Shown: positions 22,016 to 34,752, counted from the stretch's first letter. The stretch: DNA of 64,000 nucleotides from Schizochytrium sp. TIO01 (GCA_004764695.1 SMSO01000031.1:3014436-3078435), one strand, 5' to 3'. Program-made: numbers and translations. The notes: a model not told the origin generated them from the letters alone.

Positions 22016-23040
22016 AAATGGTTTTCTAGATTGACTTTCTGTACCAAAGAGGGTTCTATACAAGAGTTCAAGTCTAGATATCACCATGTCTTTTATTCCT
22101 GTCTTCTCTCCTTATACTACATCTTACTTTCGAGTCACTCCATGTAGTTGGAGGTACGACTACCATAATGAATTTTGTGCGGCCAAGTTTCACAAATATA
22201 CTCCAAAATTATAAATCACACATGAAAGATGCCAATGAGATATCCCACGATTCTTCAATGTTCATGACAATAGTATAGACACAACGATACATCGCTGCTT
22301 ATCCAATCTACTTTTCTTTTTAAAGTGCTACGGAAATTGAGATTTTAAAAAGGAGATGAATAAAATTAATAAGGTCCTGCTGCCATTTTCATTACGCGAA
22401 TACATACATTCACACTTGAAATAATGTGGAGCCATGAAAGTCGCTTTTGTTGCATCAGAGTTGTTTTCCAAACAAAACAAAGAAGAATAGAATGTCTATA
22501 TGTTCCGTTTGTGGCTGCGAGCCTTGAAAATTATTCCTCCTATTGCAATCTGGAACACAACATAAGAAAAACAAATCATATAATTTAACAAACATTTTGA
22601 CATTTTTTACCTGCTTGTTGCTAGTTCTGTTTCTCAGAACAAGTTTCTGAAAAAACTCCAGTTCAAAACAGCGCCTAAATTTCTTGTCTCTAAATTAGCG
22701 GCTTTCGGGCAAATTCTAGGAAACCTTTGAATGCGACTTTACTTGCTGGTTGGTTAATACATTTGCAATACATCATCCAAAAGCCTCTTTTCGAATGCTT
22801 TATTTCGAGCAGTGATTTGGAAACCCTCAAGTTGGGCGATGAAGGAACGAGACAATAGTCCCGAATATCATCTTCGTAAATTATCAATATGTACAAAATT
22901 GTTGTTTACATTTTTTAAACAGGGTAAATACACAGATTTTGACTGAATACGACTATGAATGAACGCAACGTGATGAATCAAAGAGGGGAAAGAATATCAT
23001 CTATCCTAGTGTCATGGAAGCGTCAATGCAAGGAGTTAAA

Positions 23041-23661
23041 TTACTTGCAGTTCACGCAATAGTGCAAACGACGTGCCTCAGGTCCGCGCTTTGTAAGGCC
23101 GCAACCATCAACATACACAATGTAATTTGATCGAAGGCTGCGCAGGTCAGAGCAAGCACAGCATGACATGTTTGCCGACAACGTGCAGGTCTTACGCTTC
23201 GAGCAGCAGGTCGAAGAAGACGCAATATCCTTCTTTTTCTGGGATTTTTTACTACGCTTCTTTGAGAACACAATATCCAGCAAAGAGTCCCAGTTTTGAG
23301 ATTGCTTTTTACTGTCAGCTACACGCACGCCCTTTTTCTTCTTAGAGATCGCCTTGGCATTCCCTTGCGTCTTACTATCAGAGACTTCGAGTTTAACATT
23401 GTTGCCTTCAGATTTCTTAAGTTGAGAGCCTTCCGCTTGTAGATCGACATGATCATCATCTCCGGGGTCCTCATATTGCACCATGTTTGCATTATCAGAT
23501 TCGCGCAGCCCTAATTTTGCATCAACGCCGCATGTGGGCTCCTCCTCGCAGAAGCAGAATGTAAGATCCGGAATCTTGACCCAGTCATCCTCCATGGCTT
23601 CCTCGTCGCCCTGGAGGTCCCAGTTCACCATCATGACCGGCATCTCTTGCTGCTGCACCAT
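23041..23661 (-). CDS. Small hypothetical protein with C-terminal Cys-rich putative zinc-binding domain
   Basis: ATG at 23661; 'CC..RKTC....SCCACSD.R...YIVYVDGCG......R..HYCVNCK'; possible 5' UTR intron GTATGT(23876)..TTGTAG(23711). Confidence 0.65.
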   Translation of the reverse strand: MVQQQEMPVMMVNWDLQGDEEAMEDDWVKIPDLTFCFCEEEPTCGVDAKLGLRESDNANMVQYEDPGDDDHVDLQAEGSQLKKSEGNNVKLEVSDSKTQGNAKAISKKKKGVRVADSKKQSQNWDSLLDIVFSKKRSKKSQKKKDIASSSTCCSKRKTCTLSANMSCCACSDLRSLRSNYIVYVDGCGLTKRGPEARRLHYCVNCK

Positions 23662-25235
23662 CTTAATTTTATCTTGCCCCTCAGCCTCCAGTTGAGTGTT
23701 TGCTGACAATCTACAAGTATTCTTACCCCTCCACCTTATAACGCAATTGTCACCCTGCTACGCAATCTTCGCAATCCTCAGACAGACACATAACAGATAG
23801 TCCTACCGTACCGCTTCTTCCGGTTTCATTTTCTGATCTCGCACTCTTCAACCAACTCGCCTGCACTATTACATACTTCCTATATGCCTACTAGCCTCCT
23901 CTACCGTCACTCGCCATGCTCTCTGCAAAGCCAGGAGGCTCCAAGTCGTCGTTCTCTAGCAACGCGGCGAGGTCCTAACGGGGGTGCGGCTAGCTAGCTA
24001 GGTACAACACCCGCTCTCTGCAGCGCCGCGTACGTTGCACATTTTGAAACCCCGGCTCCTTCTCCGATCGTTCATAGAACCGCGATGATCCCACTCCGCT
24101 CTCTGCTTCTTCTGCTTCTTCTCCTCCTCCTCCTCCTTCTTCAAGTTCTTCAGCTCGTCCTGCATGGTCTCCTTGATGCTGTCGAGGCGCGTGCGCTTCT
24201 CCCTCAAGGATCGTGCCTCGCACACTCACTCACTTAGCCAGCCAGTTCTACGCCAGTTTCCTCGTCTCGGACTCTGCCTCGCAGTGTCCACCCCGTCGAA
24301 TCCATCCCTCGGCGGTCGAAGAAGCAAGAGATGGTGTCCTGGATGCCGCGGTTTTTAGCTCGAGCGAGCGAGCGATCAGCTGAGGATGCATGGTTCTTGG
24401 CCATCTCCTCCCGCACGCCCTTGTCCTCGATAGTGATAATGGCGATCCAGACTGACTACAGACTGCTTTTTTTGAAAAAGTGCTTCGGCGAGCGAAGCCT
24501 TCCTTCCTCACAGAACGAAGCAGCACCCGCTGCCTTCGCGCTGCTCGCAGGCAGAGTCGCAGCGCCTCAGGCTCAGCCCTGCGGGCCGGCCAGCCAGCCA
24601 GCCAGCACGCAGCTCGCTCCGGTTTCGTGTCTCCACCGGCAACAAGATCGAGAAGGTTTTAGGATCGTTCTCTGCGATCTCTTCTCTCGCTTTCAGGTAG
24701 GTACGAGCATCACGTGTCTCGCAGGTAGGTCTACCTACTCGCCGCAGTAGGAGGTACAAACGAGGACTTTTCTTCGCCTCGAGAAGAAGAACTGACTTTC
24801 AATCAAAAAGGCGAAACCGAAGGAACAAAAGGAACGCGGGACGGGAAGAAAGAAGCCTTCTTAGGGGCCATTACGGGCCTCATGTCCTTAACTGTAGGAA
24901 CGGCTCTCCTGGTGTCCTCAAGAAGGCCATGATTGATTGATGGGTTTTTTCGAAGCCCCTTTCGTCCTTCTTCTGTTTAGCTTGTTTACGTTCTTGTTCT
25001 TGTTCTTGTTCTTCTTTGGTGGTTTTTCTGAACACAGTGACGACTGTGGTCTGAGACTCAGAACGTCATGAAAGGGAACGACTTTGACACCATCGTGAAG
25101 ATCAGATCCCGTTCTTCCTGTGCGTGGGCCTCGAAGACCCTCTCTGCCGGCAGTACTGCGAGCGCGGGCCTGACTCTCTCGGTTCTGCTCAAGACACGGA
25201 GAGGAGAGCCTCCTTCCCTCATCCTCCGCCACGCC

Positions 25236-25304
25236 TGAGCTTGAGCTTGAGCTTGAGCTTGAGCTTGAGCTTGAGCTTGAGCCTGAGCTTGAGCTTGAGC
25301 TTGA
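25236..25304 (+). repeat. (TGAGCT)n hexanucleotide microsatellite, about 11 units
   Basis: Directly visible tandem repeat. Confidence 0.95.
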
Positions 25305-26724
25305 CGACTCCAGTCCATATCCCATCCTCGAGTTTGTTTTTCCCAGCTCAATCAATCGATCAATCAATCAAGCAAGGAATCAATCCAATCTTTCGCGGTG
25401 ATGACCGCCCTGGAGAGACTGAGGATGCTCGAGCGAAGAACCGCAAACTTGCGGGTGAGTGATGCAGCCCGCGCCAATGCCAGAGCGCCCCTCTTTCTCG
25501 CGAATTCTGTGCAAACCTCGCGGATTTTTCCGCCCTCGCTTTCATAGGCGCCTTATGATGCGTGTTTTTCCGGTAAGCTCGCCGCTACTGCTACGTAGCA
25601 AGCCATAGGGGTACACACCCTGACCATCGTGGGTGTGCGCTGACCGAAGGAAGCGGATGGGATTATGTATATAAGGCGACAGACACATTGTATCCTTTGT
25701 TCCTTTGGATCCCAACAACAAAACCTCTATCACAGGGGTGTAGAGAACTCCGGTATGATGCTTCCGTCGTCGTCCACGAGCCGTCGCTGTTTTGTCTAAC
25801 CGACTTTGGCGACCATCGTAGCAGTTTCCACTCCCTTTGCCGAAGGCGATTCCTGGAAAGCTGTGCTGTAAACCGTGGCGTATAAGCGCGGTTGATTCAT
25901 CCTAATTCCCTACGAATGCTGCCGATCAGGCAAGAACTCTCTCCAGAGTCGCTACGTTACGCGTAACTTCTATCTCATGTAAGGTTGGCACTAACATCTA
26001 CTACGTTACATGAAACTACCCCCTTGGTTCCGCAACCACGTCGACCCGGGTGTTGCTTTTACGAATAACTAGTATGGAAATCCTAAATTTCTTCTTTTTT
26101 CCATCCTCTGGTTTTTGAAAGGGACAACTCAGATTCTAACGACCGCGGTCTTTTAAAAGGAAGAAAGAGGAGAAAAGAGTGGACGAATAAGCGGCAGAGA
26201 GCACCCTATGGGTTATAGTCTCATCAAGTGCGTTATAGGTAAACTATACAGTAGAGAATAGGTATATTCTACTTTGAGGAGATTATTTCGACTGTTCGGC
26301 TTGGCGCAAAGCCCGCTTGATTCTTCAAGGTGGTGTCGCGGCATATCAACTTGCGGCCCACATCGCAAGGATCGCGCTGCGCGCGCGGTGCTTCGCTTAG
26401 CTCGCCAAAGCGGGCGAGAGCGCCGCCGCAACCTTTTTGGTGCCAGCCTACTTGAGAGGAGGCAGACCTGTTCGTGGTTCCGGGTCGTTGGCATCGACCT
26501 CGACTATTTCTAACCACCTCGGCCAGTCGCCGGCTAAAGAGGGCGTCGTGCTTAACAACGGCCTATCTTGGTCTTTGCCTCTGCTTCGGCTTTGCGTAGA
26601 CTCTGAGGTGCTGTGAGACGAAGACCTCTCTAGCGTCCGCCTGAAATCTTCATTGGTCTGTGCATATTCATTTCGATCCGGGCTTTGCTTGGCTCAAAGT
26701 CTTCGCTTTGTTTGGCTAATCGTC

Positions 26725-29463
26725 ATGCTTCATAGGGCAAGAGCTGCGCTAAATCTGGCGGCAAGTACTGGTCGCCAAGCACAATTGAGGCTTTCACATA
26801 CATCTTCGTTGGAGGTGGGCTTGAATAGGAATTTAAGGGCTTATAACAGATTTGGCGAAACACATCAGCAAACTCTTTCAAAACGCATTTTCTCTCATGA
26901 TTTCACTACATCATCCAAATCAGGGCTGAAGAAAAATCCGTCTGCTCGCAAAGTGTCTGATAAACCGGGTCATTCGAAAAGTCAGAAGTTACAAAGCAAC
27001 GATCGCAAATGTTCGAGCGGAGATGGGTCACAGCAGAGGACATTGAAAAAGAATCAACATAGGAATGAAAACTTCATTGTGCCAAAGTTGAAGCCCTCCT
27101 CCAAACGTTCACATAAATCTTGCCTAAACGACCCTGCTAAGAATGTCAGCAGTAAGTCGCGAAGTAGCATGACGTTAGAAGCCACACCTGATCAAACACA
27201 AAAGCTCAATAGAGAGAGACCACGAACTACAGTCAAAGAATCAGATGCAAAAATACAAGCTACACTGGAAGACTCGAGCTCCTCGCCTTCCAAGACTGCA
27301 AATCATGGATTTCGCTCTGGTTCAAAACAACACAGTCCAGAAGCTTTGTCACATAATGAAGCATCTACATCGTTTTCGAGAGAACCAGTTATATATCATC
27401 CTAAGCTCTCAACCGTCAGAGCAACTGGTGTTAGTGAATCGAATAAAAGGCCTGTCAGAAGGCAGGAGTTGCAAACTCCGTCATTTATGATCACTCATCT
27501 TGCCGGCTCTACTCTTGAGTCAATGCCAGTAGCTCCTGCAGCGATTGAATATCGTGCAAGCCATGCAAGTGCCAAAACTCCACCAACATCAAAACCACGA
27601 CTCATGCGTCGCTCAGATTTGGAGAATGGCGAATCATCGGAGCAGAGGAAGAGCCAAACTGGCAACAAGGACCACAATGAAGTGGAATACGTTGCAAGAC
27701 ACTCTGCTGCCACGATAGTAACAGCGGAAAGCCTGCTTGAGCCAGCTGTTAAAGAGTATATTGATATCGTTCAAACACAAACTCAGCTCGCATCGATTGC
27801 GCATCGTAGGATCAGTGAAGATGCGCATGCAAAAGAAGTACTGTCGAGTTTCCTGAAGACCCGGGGTTTAACAATGGAAACAGCAAATGCTTACTTCCTA
27901 GGAGTGGTCACATCTCCCTCAGGTAACGATCGTGTTGTGCTCCCTCGTTTGTCTCATGTGGGTGACTTTGAGCCCCAGGATTTGGCAGATAAGATTAAAA
28001 TCTCGTTTCCACGTGAGTCTGAACTTTTAGATGGAGACCTCGTTGTCCAAAAGGTCAAATACCGCGGGACCAAGGAAAAGGTAATCACGCAAGAGGCCTC
28101 ATCACGCACTTTGAGTGGACTTTTTGGATGGCACCTCGTCAAAGACACGGACAAACAGATCATCATCACGGAGGGAGAATTTGATGCAATGGCAGTGTAT
28201 CAGTCTACTAAGCTACCCGCTGTATCTGTACCGAGTGGTGCAACATCAGGTCTACCAGAGGAGGTACTTTCAGAACTCCGCCGTTTTGAACGAGTCTATC
28301 TCTGGTTTGACACTGATGAGGTTGGTATCAGAGGTCGTGAGAAGCTCGCACAAGCGCTCGGAACGGATAATATATACATTGTAGAAACTGATCCTGTTGA
28401 CGGTAAAGATGCAAATGATATGCTCCTTGCTGGCAAAGATATAAAGGCTCTTTTCGAAGACACGGATGATTCTCCAGCTACTGACTTAAGTCCTTCTTCT
28501 TCAAGTATGGATCCATTTGATAGCGTCGCTGACATGCGCGAAGCTCTTCGTCACTATATTCTTAATCCACCTCCAGTAGGAACTCCTTTTGACGGATTTC
28601 CAAGCCTAACCAAGGTTGTTGGTGGGTTCCGTGAGGGTGAATTGACTATCATCACTGGACCTACTGGCTCTGGTAAAACGACTTTCTTGTCGCAGCTTAG
28701 TTTAAACCTTGCAAGGAGAGGCGTCCGCACAATCTGGGGTTCATTTGAAATCCGTCGTGAACGGTTACTTTCAAATCAGCTCTTCCAATTTGCTGGATGC
28801 CATGAGAGCTTGGGTGGCTCTCCTTTGCGTCCTGTTGACAACTTTGATATAGGGCAAGCGGTGCTTTTGGATAAATTGGATGAGTATGCCCAACTGCCTA
28901 TTTACACTTTCAAATACTTTGGTGCAACTGAATTGATGGATGTCCTTGATGGTATTACATACAGTGTGCAAACTGCAGGCATGAAACATATCATTATTGA
29001 CAATTTGCAGTTCATGGTTAGTGGAGGTGGAGGCCTTGCGAGTGCACAGACCGGCTGGGAGCGCTTTGAGATCATGGACCAAGCTATTGGTAATTTCCGT
29101 CAGATTGCCAGCCAGTTTAACTGTCATGTGACTGTAGTAATTCACCCCAGGAAAGAGAAAGAAGGAGACATGCTCTCTCTACAATCATTTTCCGGTACTG
29201 GAAAAGCTTCACAGGAAGCTGACAATGTCTGGATTTTGCAAAAAGACAAGGAGGGTGCCAAGTATCTTGATGTTCGCAAGAATCGGTTCAATGGTTCACT
29301 TGGCAGCTTTCCTTTAGAGTTCGCTCGTTCCAGTAAATGCTTTATGGATGTCAGTGAGATCGGTAATGAAGAACGAACCCTCGATCATGACGATGCTCTC
29401 GACAGGGCTCGAAGTGATTCAGAGACGAACGAAGGTAGCACTTCAAGATTGCATAATCTTTAA
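26725..29463 (+). CDS. TWNK: Twinkle-like mitochondrial primase-helicase (TOPRIM + DnaB/SF4 helicase)
   Basis: Presequence-like MLHRARAALNL; TOPRIM 'IITEGEFDAMAV', 'YLWFDTDEVG', 'KDAND'; Walker A 'GFREGELTIITGPTGSGKTT'; 'WGSFEI', 'HIIIDNLQFM', 'VIHPRKE', 'KASQEADNV', 'KNRFNG'. Confidence 0.93.
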   Translation: MLHRARAALNLAASTGRQAQLRLSHTSSLEVGLNRNLRAYNRFGETHQQTLSKRIFSHDFTTSSKSGLKKNPSARKVSDKPGHSKSQKLQSNDRKCSSGDGSQQRTLKKNQHRNENFIVPKLKPSSKRSHKSCLNDPAKNVSSKSRSSMTLEATPDQTQKLNRERPRTTVKESDAKIQATLEDSSSSPSKTANHGFRSGSKQHSPEALSHNEASTSFSREPVIYHPKLSTVRATGVSESNKRPVRRQELQTPSFMITHLAGSTLESMPVAPAAIEYRASHASAKTPPTSKPRLMRRSDLENGESSEQRKSQTGNKDHNEVEYVARHSAATIVTAESLLEPAVKEYIDIVQTQTQLASIAHRRISEDAHAKEVLSSFLKTRGLTMETANAYFLGVVTSPSGNDRVVLPRLSHVGDFEPQDLADKIKISFPRESELLDGDLVVQKVKYRGTKEKVITQEASSRTLSGLFGWHLVKDTDKQIIITEGEFDAMAVYQSTKLPAVSVPSGATSGLPEEVLSELRRFERVYLWFDTDEVGIRGREKLAQALGTDNIYIVETDPVDGKDANDMLLAGKDIKALFEDTDDSPATDLSPSSSSMDPFDSVADMREALRHYILNPPPVGTPFDGFPSLTKVVGGFREGELTIITGPTGSGKTTFLSQLSLNLARRGVRTIWGSFEIRRERLLSNQLFQFAGCHESLGGSPLRPVDNFDIGQAVLLDKLDEYAQLPIYTFKYFGATELMDVLDGITYSVQTAGMKHIIIDNLQFMVSGGGGLASAQTGWERFEIMDQAIGNFRQIASQFNCHVTVVIHPRKEKEGDMLSLQSFSGTGKASQEADNVWILQKDKEGAKYLDVRKNRFNGSLGSFPLEFARSSKCFMDVSEIGNEERTLDHDDALDRARSDSETNEGSTSRLHNL

Positions 29464-30389
29464 TGAATAGCTGGCATTTGTGCTACCCGACGACGATGCG
29501 TTCGAAAACCCGAACCCTCATACATGAATAGTGTTTGCTGACGTAGCCCGTGTCTTGTTCCAGTTTGGGTGGGTCTAGACTGGTTTCGAAGACTGACTTT
29601 CATTAGACCAAACTACTTCACGTACCCCAGCCAAGAATCTTGGTAACCCCTGAGCGTGGGGTTGTTGTCGTGAGATATTTTATTATATTCATACTGTATG
29701 CGGGGCTGCTGTGCTTGGAACCGTGCTGCCTTTGTATTGCATGCAATTGCTACTTTTTCAAACAAGAGTGAATGAAATAGTCATTACGACATTGTAATTC
29801 ACGCTTTTCATGTGAAACAGTATAATTATACAGAAACCGTGATAATAAATAAACTCCTTTTGTAAATGACCTTTCAGATAAATTCTTCTGTGCTTACTAC
29901 TATATATTAAATGGGCATTTATGCGGCTTGAACGTTTTCATGATCGGTCTCAGATCATAAAATATCGGACAGTATTTGTTCTAAATTCTCTTTTATTCCT
30001 GCGGAGAAGCTTCTGCACTTCTTTGGAAGAGGTGTGCTTCTACCTTCAGAAGCCAACCAGGGATTTCTGCTTAGTGTAGCATCTTCATATTGATTTATTA
30101 TTGCCTCAGATGGGAGCAGACTTCGAAGAACATGCTTTGGAAGAAGCAAAAGATTGAGAAAGAACTATCAAACATGAAGAATAAAAGAGGGAAAATGGAT
30201 AAAAGACGATCAATCTTTTATTTAGTCTAGGTTTGCATGAACAAATGGTTGACAGAAAGTCGTGGTAACGCGTTCACAGTTTGTGTTTTATTATTATTTT
30301 GAGAGGGTTGTGGTGGGATGTGGAGTTTGTCTAGGGAAAGCAAAGCATGTGTTGTATGTGTAGAGAATGCATGTAGCGAGAAGGGTTGT

Positions 30390-32256
30390 TTAGACCTCAC
30401 GCTTAACAAGGCGCTTGGCAGTGTTGTAGATGTCCTTAGTCTGGGGGAGGGACAGCTGCTCGAGGTTGGTGGCGTAGGCCATGGGGACATCAGCGCCAGT
30501 GACACGGACAGCGGGGGCGTCGAGGTAGTCGAAGGCAGCAGACTCGTAGATGGAGGCAAGGATCTCAGCGCCGATGCCGTGCTGGGGCCAGCCCTCCTCA
30601 ACGGTCATGAGGAGGTTGGTCTTGATGACGGACTTGATGATAGTGTCGCGGTCAAGGGGACGGATGCAACGCAAGTTGATGACCTCAGCGCTAATGCCCT
30701 CCTTGGCGAGCTGGTCGGCAGCCTCAAGAGCAAACTTAACCGGGCGAGAGACGGTGACGATGGTCAGATCGGTACCCTCACGCTCAATCTTGGCCTTGCC
30801 GAAGGGGGTAACGTAGTCCTTGCCCATGGCCTCGTCGCTCATGTCGAACTCAGTACCGTACATGAGCTCGTTCTCGAGGAGAATGACGGGGTTGGGGTCG
30901 CGGATGGCGGCCTTCATCATACCCTTGGCGTCCTCAGCACTGTAAGGCATGAAGACCTTGAGACCGGGCACGGAGCCGTACCAGGCGCCGAAGCACTGGG
31001 AGTGCTGGGCACCGACACCGGCAGCAGCACCGTTGGGTCCACGGAAGACAATAGGCACGTTGCAGGTACCGGCAGTCATGTAAAGCTGCTTGGCGGCAGA
31101 GTTAACAATCTGATCGATGGCCTGCATGGCAAAGTTGAAGGTCATGAACTCGACGACCGGGCGAAGACCCTTGTAGGCGGCACCGGTGGCAAGACCGGTG
31201 AAACCCATCTCAGTGATAGGGGTGTCAATGACACGGGGGAACTTGCGGCCCTCGTTGAACTATTTTATTCCAAAGATACAAGTGATCACCAATAAATCCG
31301 CATCAGAGTAGGGTATGAGAAATCAGGAGGAATTCAATTTCGCAAAGTTCAGAAGCAAGAATTTGCGGTAGCACATTTGTTTAATGTTAGTCAACTTGGC
31401 GTTCTCTCAAATAAATGCAATACAACCCCTTCTCCCTTTCTCCCATGTTCAATATTTTAGAATAAAACACAGATCACCAGCCGCTAAGCAACGTGGCACT
31501 TGCTCTCCCAGCTAGAAAAGGTACAACGTGCAGTGATGCTGACCGTGTAGAAAACACAAATGGCGATTTTCAAAGAAAACCCATTCTCACCGCATCATCC
31601 TCCGTCAATGTATACCCCCTCTATCTGAGTTGTGCGAATCCCACAGCCACATTCGACGAGCTGGCATTCCTGTAGTTTACCCCTCACAGACAAACGAAAA
31701 CAGTCGCAGATCCCTTGGTATGGCAAATCTAAAGGTATGAAAGCAAACTCGATTCTAAGCCTATCCAAGTCCTGCATCACATATACATATTGGCAGAAGG
31801 CTGTGACAAAAGATTGATCCAACTGCATCAAAGAACAGAAATCCTTCAGTTTTATGCAGTTCTGGCCAGCAACCCTATAGTTGATTAGATTCCCATCCCG
31901 CTCGTCTAGTGCTAAGACAACACAGTTGGATCTGCACTGATGTACATTTCTTCGTATACACAATTTGTACAAATATAATAATAACATGTATCAAGTTTGG
32001 AGCGCTATCCAAAACTAGCCCTTCAGGCAGCTGGATGAGCGATCGCTTTCTTACTCACCTTCTTATCAAGGCCCTTGGTGACCTTGTAGGCGCCCTGGTA
32101 CTGTGCGACCTCCTCACCGAGGATAAAGACGTTCTCGTCGCGCTCCATCTCCTCCACGAGGGCGGTGTTGAGGGCCTCGCGCACGGACATCTTGGTGGCC
32201 ATGGAGCGGGCGCCGTGGACGCGGAGCATGTTGCGGGAGGCGGTGTTGGCGAGCAT
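30390..32256 (-). CDS. PDHB: Pyruvate dehydrogenase E1 beta subunit, mitochondrial; exons 32256-32059 and 31259-30390
   Basis: '[34 protein letters not shown]', '[13 protein letters not shown]', '[15 protein letters not shown]', '[17 protein letters not shown]'; phase-0 GTGAGT..TAG intron. Confidence 0.97.
31260..32058 (-). other. Spliceosomal intron of PDHB (799 nt)
   Basis: GTGAGT donor at 32058, AATAG acceptor ending at 31260; in-frame join KK|FNEG. Confidence 0.88.
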
Positions 32257-34685
32257 CTTGTTGGTGTTAGCGGCTGCTGCTTCTTGCGAGGCGACTCTGC
32301 AAACGAAGAAACGGCGAACTGCGAAAGAGAATTAAACGAGCGATGCGGAGCGATCAGACTCTGTTTTGCTGTGCCTTCTCTTCTGACTTCCTGGCTTCAA
32401 CTATTCAATATTCAAACACTCAATCGATCTAATTAACTAAATTAACTAAATATTTTATATAAATGTAGATATCTGTATTGTTTAATCTATGTGCTTTCTA
32501 ACAAATTGATCTGCTTTTCCTTCTATTTAAAACTTAAATCTTACGAAAAGTTGTTTTCTTCTCAAGCCTTTTCTTTTTAAGACTATCTATTTTTGTGCGC
32601 CTAACTTCCTTTTTACCTCTTTCGCTCACCAATTGCTACAAAGCACTACCTACAAACAATAGGAGGTAGCATCTGCAGAAAAGTTTATTTTATTTTAATT
32701 TTATTGAGAAAGAATTGATTTCTTTTGCGAGGAGGAAGAGCGTCTGCGTAGTCTGCGCATTGCGTCTTTCGCTCTGTAGTGTCTGCTCTGCCATCTCTCT
32801 TGCCTGCACGATACCTGTGCCATCATTATTGTCACTCATTGGTCACGAATTAACCTCCGCTCCTCTGCAACAAATACGTTTTTCTTTCTAAATCGCGATC
32901 TGCTTGCTTTGCAGATGCGCGCTTTTCAAAGGAAGGTTAGTTAGTCAGTTAGTTAGTTAGTTAGTAGTTCTTCAAGCTTTTCGTCTTTTTATGCTTACTA
33001 TAAAGCAAGAAGTCAAGAAATCTCATTAACTCACGAGGTATCGTCGTCAAAATTGCACTGATTAGCATCACAGAAATCTGGCAAGTTTACACAGGACGGC
33101 GACGGCGAGCCGCGCTTTCGTCCTTGAAGAGCAGACGCCGCATACAGAGCATTGCAAATGCAATGATGCTGTGCGTCAAAGCCGACGGAGAATAAAGCTT
33201 CCGGGGTATCTTGAGGAGAAGCGTTGAACTATCAGAATTATCAACATAAAGCTAATTCGACGCAGGTTTGTTGACCTTCAAGTTCTTTTGAGGAATATAA
33301 AATCATTCATTTATTTCAACAATTTTTTATTTTATTTTTTAAATCCCGAAATAAAAGGTACAACAGAAAAGATAGTTTTTAATCGTAAGGAGCGAGCTTC
33401 ACCTACAATTTTAGTTATTTACAGCAGCAAAAGACACTTTATTCAAATAACAATTGGAGACGATGCTTCGTCTCTCATCTTTGACCTCCGAGTCTTATTG
33501 TCGGAGCTTCGGCGGTCTTTACAGCGGCGCCGCTCCCGTTTCTGCGCTGATATTCTTCATTTCCAGCAGATTTAGTACAAAATCCGTCAAATTCTTTATC
33601 CTTTCAATTGAAGGGGCGGAGAAACATTTTCACGATTCTTTAAACCAGGCCTTCTTTTTAATTTTATATTACATTTTACTATATGTTAAGTGTGAGGAAG
33701 AGGTTCTCTCGCCGCTTTTGGCACTGTATTTACGGCGCAAGAGGCGCCTTGTTCTTCCCTCGAAGAATGTTCTCTCTCCCTCAGTCTACTCTCCCTCTGC
33801 CTCCGTCGTCTTCTTCTTCGTCTGCGGTGGAACGAGCTCGTGCTATTATTCTCCTTTTTCCTCGAAAAGACAGCGTTAAAATCCCTGCGGGCCTATAGTT
33901 TGTGCTATGCTTACCCTACCCGCCGAGGTACCACGGGTTTTTTACCCCGTCTCCTCTTCTGCATACATATTACGCATGTAAGTCTGTATGTCTGTCTGTA
34001 TGTATGTATGTATGTATGTATGCAGAACAAAAAAAATATAAACACATTCAAGTTGATCGGCGCATCTTTTTAGAATTATCATCCATTGCCAGAATACAGC
34101 AGAAGTTTTTCCTGCATTCATTCGTTGAATCTCTTGGGGTCAAGCAATAGAATTGAGTGGAGATCAGCCACACAAAACCAGCCGAAGCGATTAGATAATC
34201 AGAAACAACCACCTGATCAACCACAAAACTAGCTTTGGGCAGAGCCTGATCTTACGACTCTGAAAAAGCAGGCTGTCCAGCTAGCGAGCTAGTTACAAGA
34301 AGCACGGCTTTTTAGACCGCATCATCGTCGATTCAATTCAACTCTGTAGGACCATAGCACCTACCTACTAACCTAGGACCTAGGTAGCACCATCTTTGAT
34401 GCTCCATCATCATCATCATCAGCATCATCGCACTCACTCACAGTTAGTGAGTCAGTGAGTTAGTAAGAACAGATACACATTCTTTTTTTTTCAGAAAAAA
34501 GAAAAAAGCAGAAAAAAAAAAGTTGCATAGTCTTCTTTCTCTCTCTCTTTCCTGCTTACCGTTCTCCATGTGCTTGCCGCCTAGCAGTTGCATAGCCGTA
34601 TCGCTAGCCGTCGCCTAGGCGATTTACAGACAGATAGAACTGAGGATGGAAGTTAGTTCTGCCGCATTTGCATTGCTTGTTTCCA

Positions 34686-34719
34686 CAGACAGACAGACAG
34701 ACAGACTGACTGACTGACA

Positions 34720-34752
<33 letters not shown>

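Noticed and set aside
24918-25462. ORFs with poly-S, poly-QA or poly-LS
   Set aside because: Translations of the (TGAGCT)n microsatellite
25560-26100. TATA-containing segment with small hairpins, possible solo LTR or ncRNA
   Set aside because: No second copy, TG..CA ends with TSD, or known RNA motif identified
30318-31295. 325-aa plus-strand ORF opposite PDHB, and similar shadows over RPL27, HADHA and PPEF
   Set aside because: Antisense shadows of highly biased genes
31260-32058. Long PDHB intron as a possible snoRNA host
   Set aside because: No paired C/D boxes or convincing H/ACA structure seen
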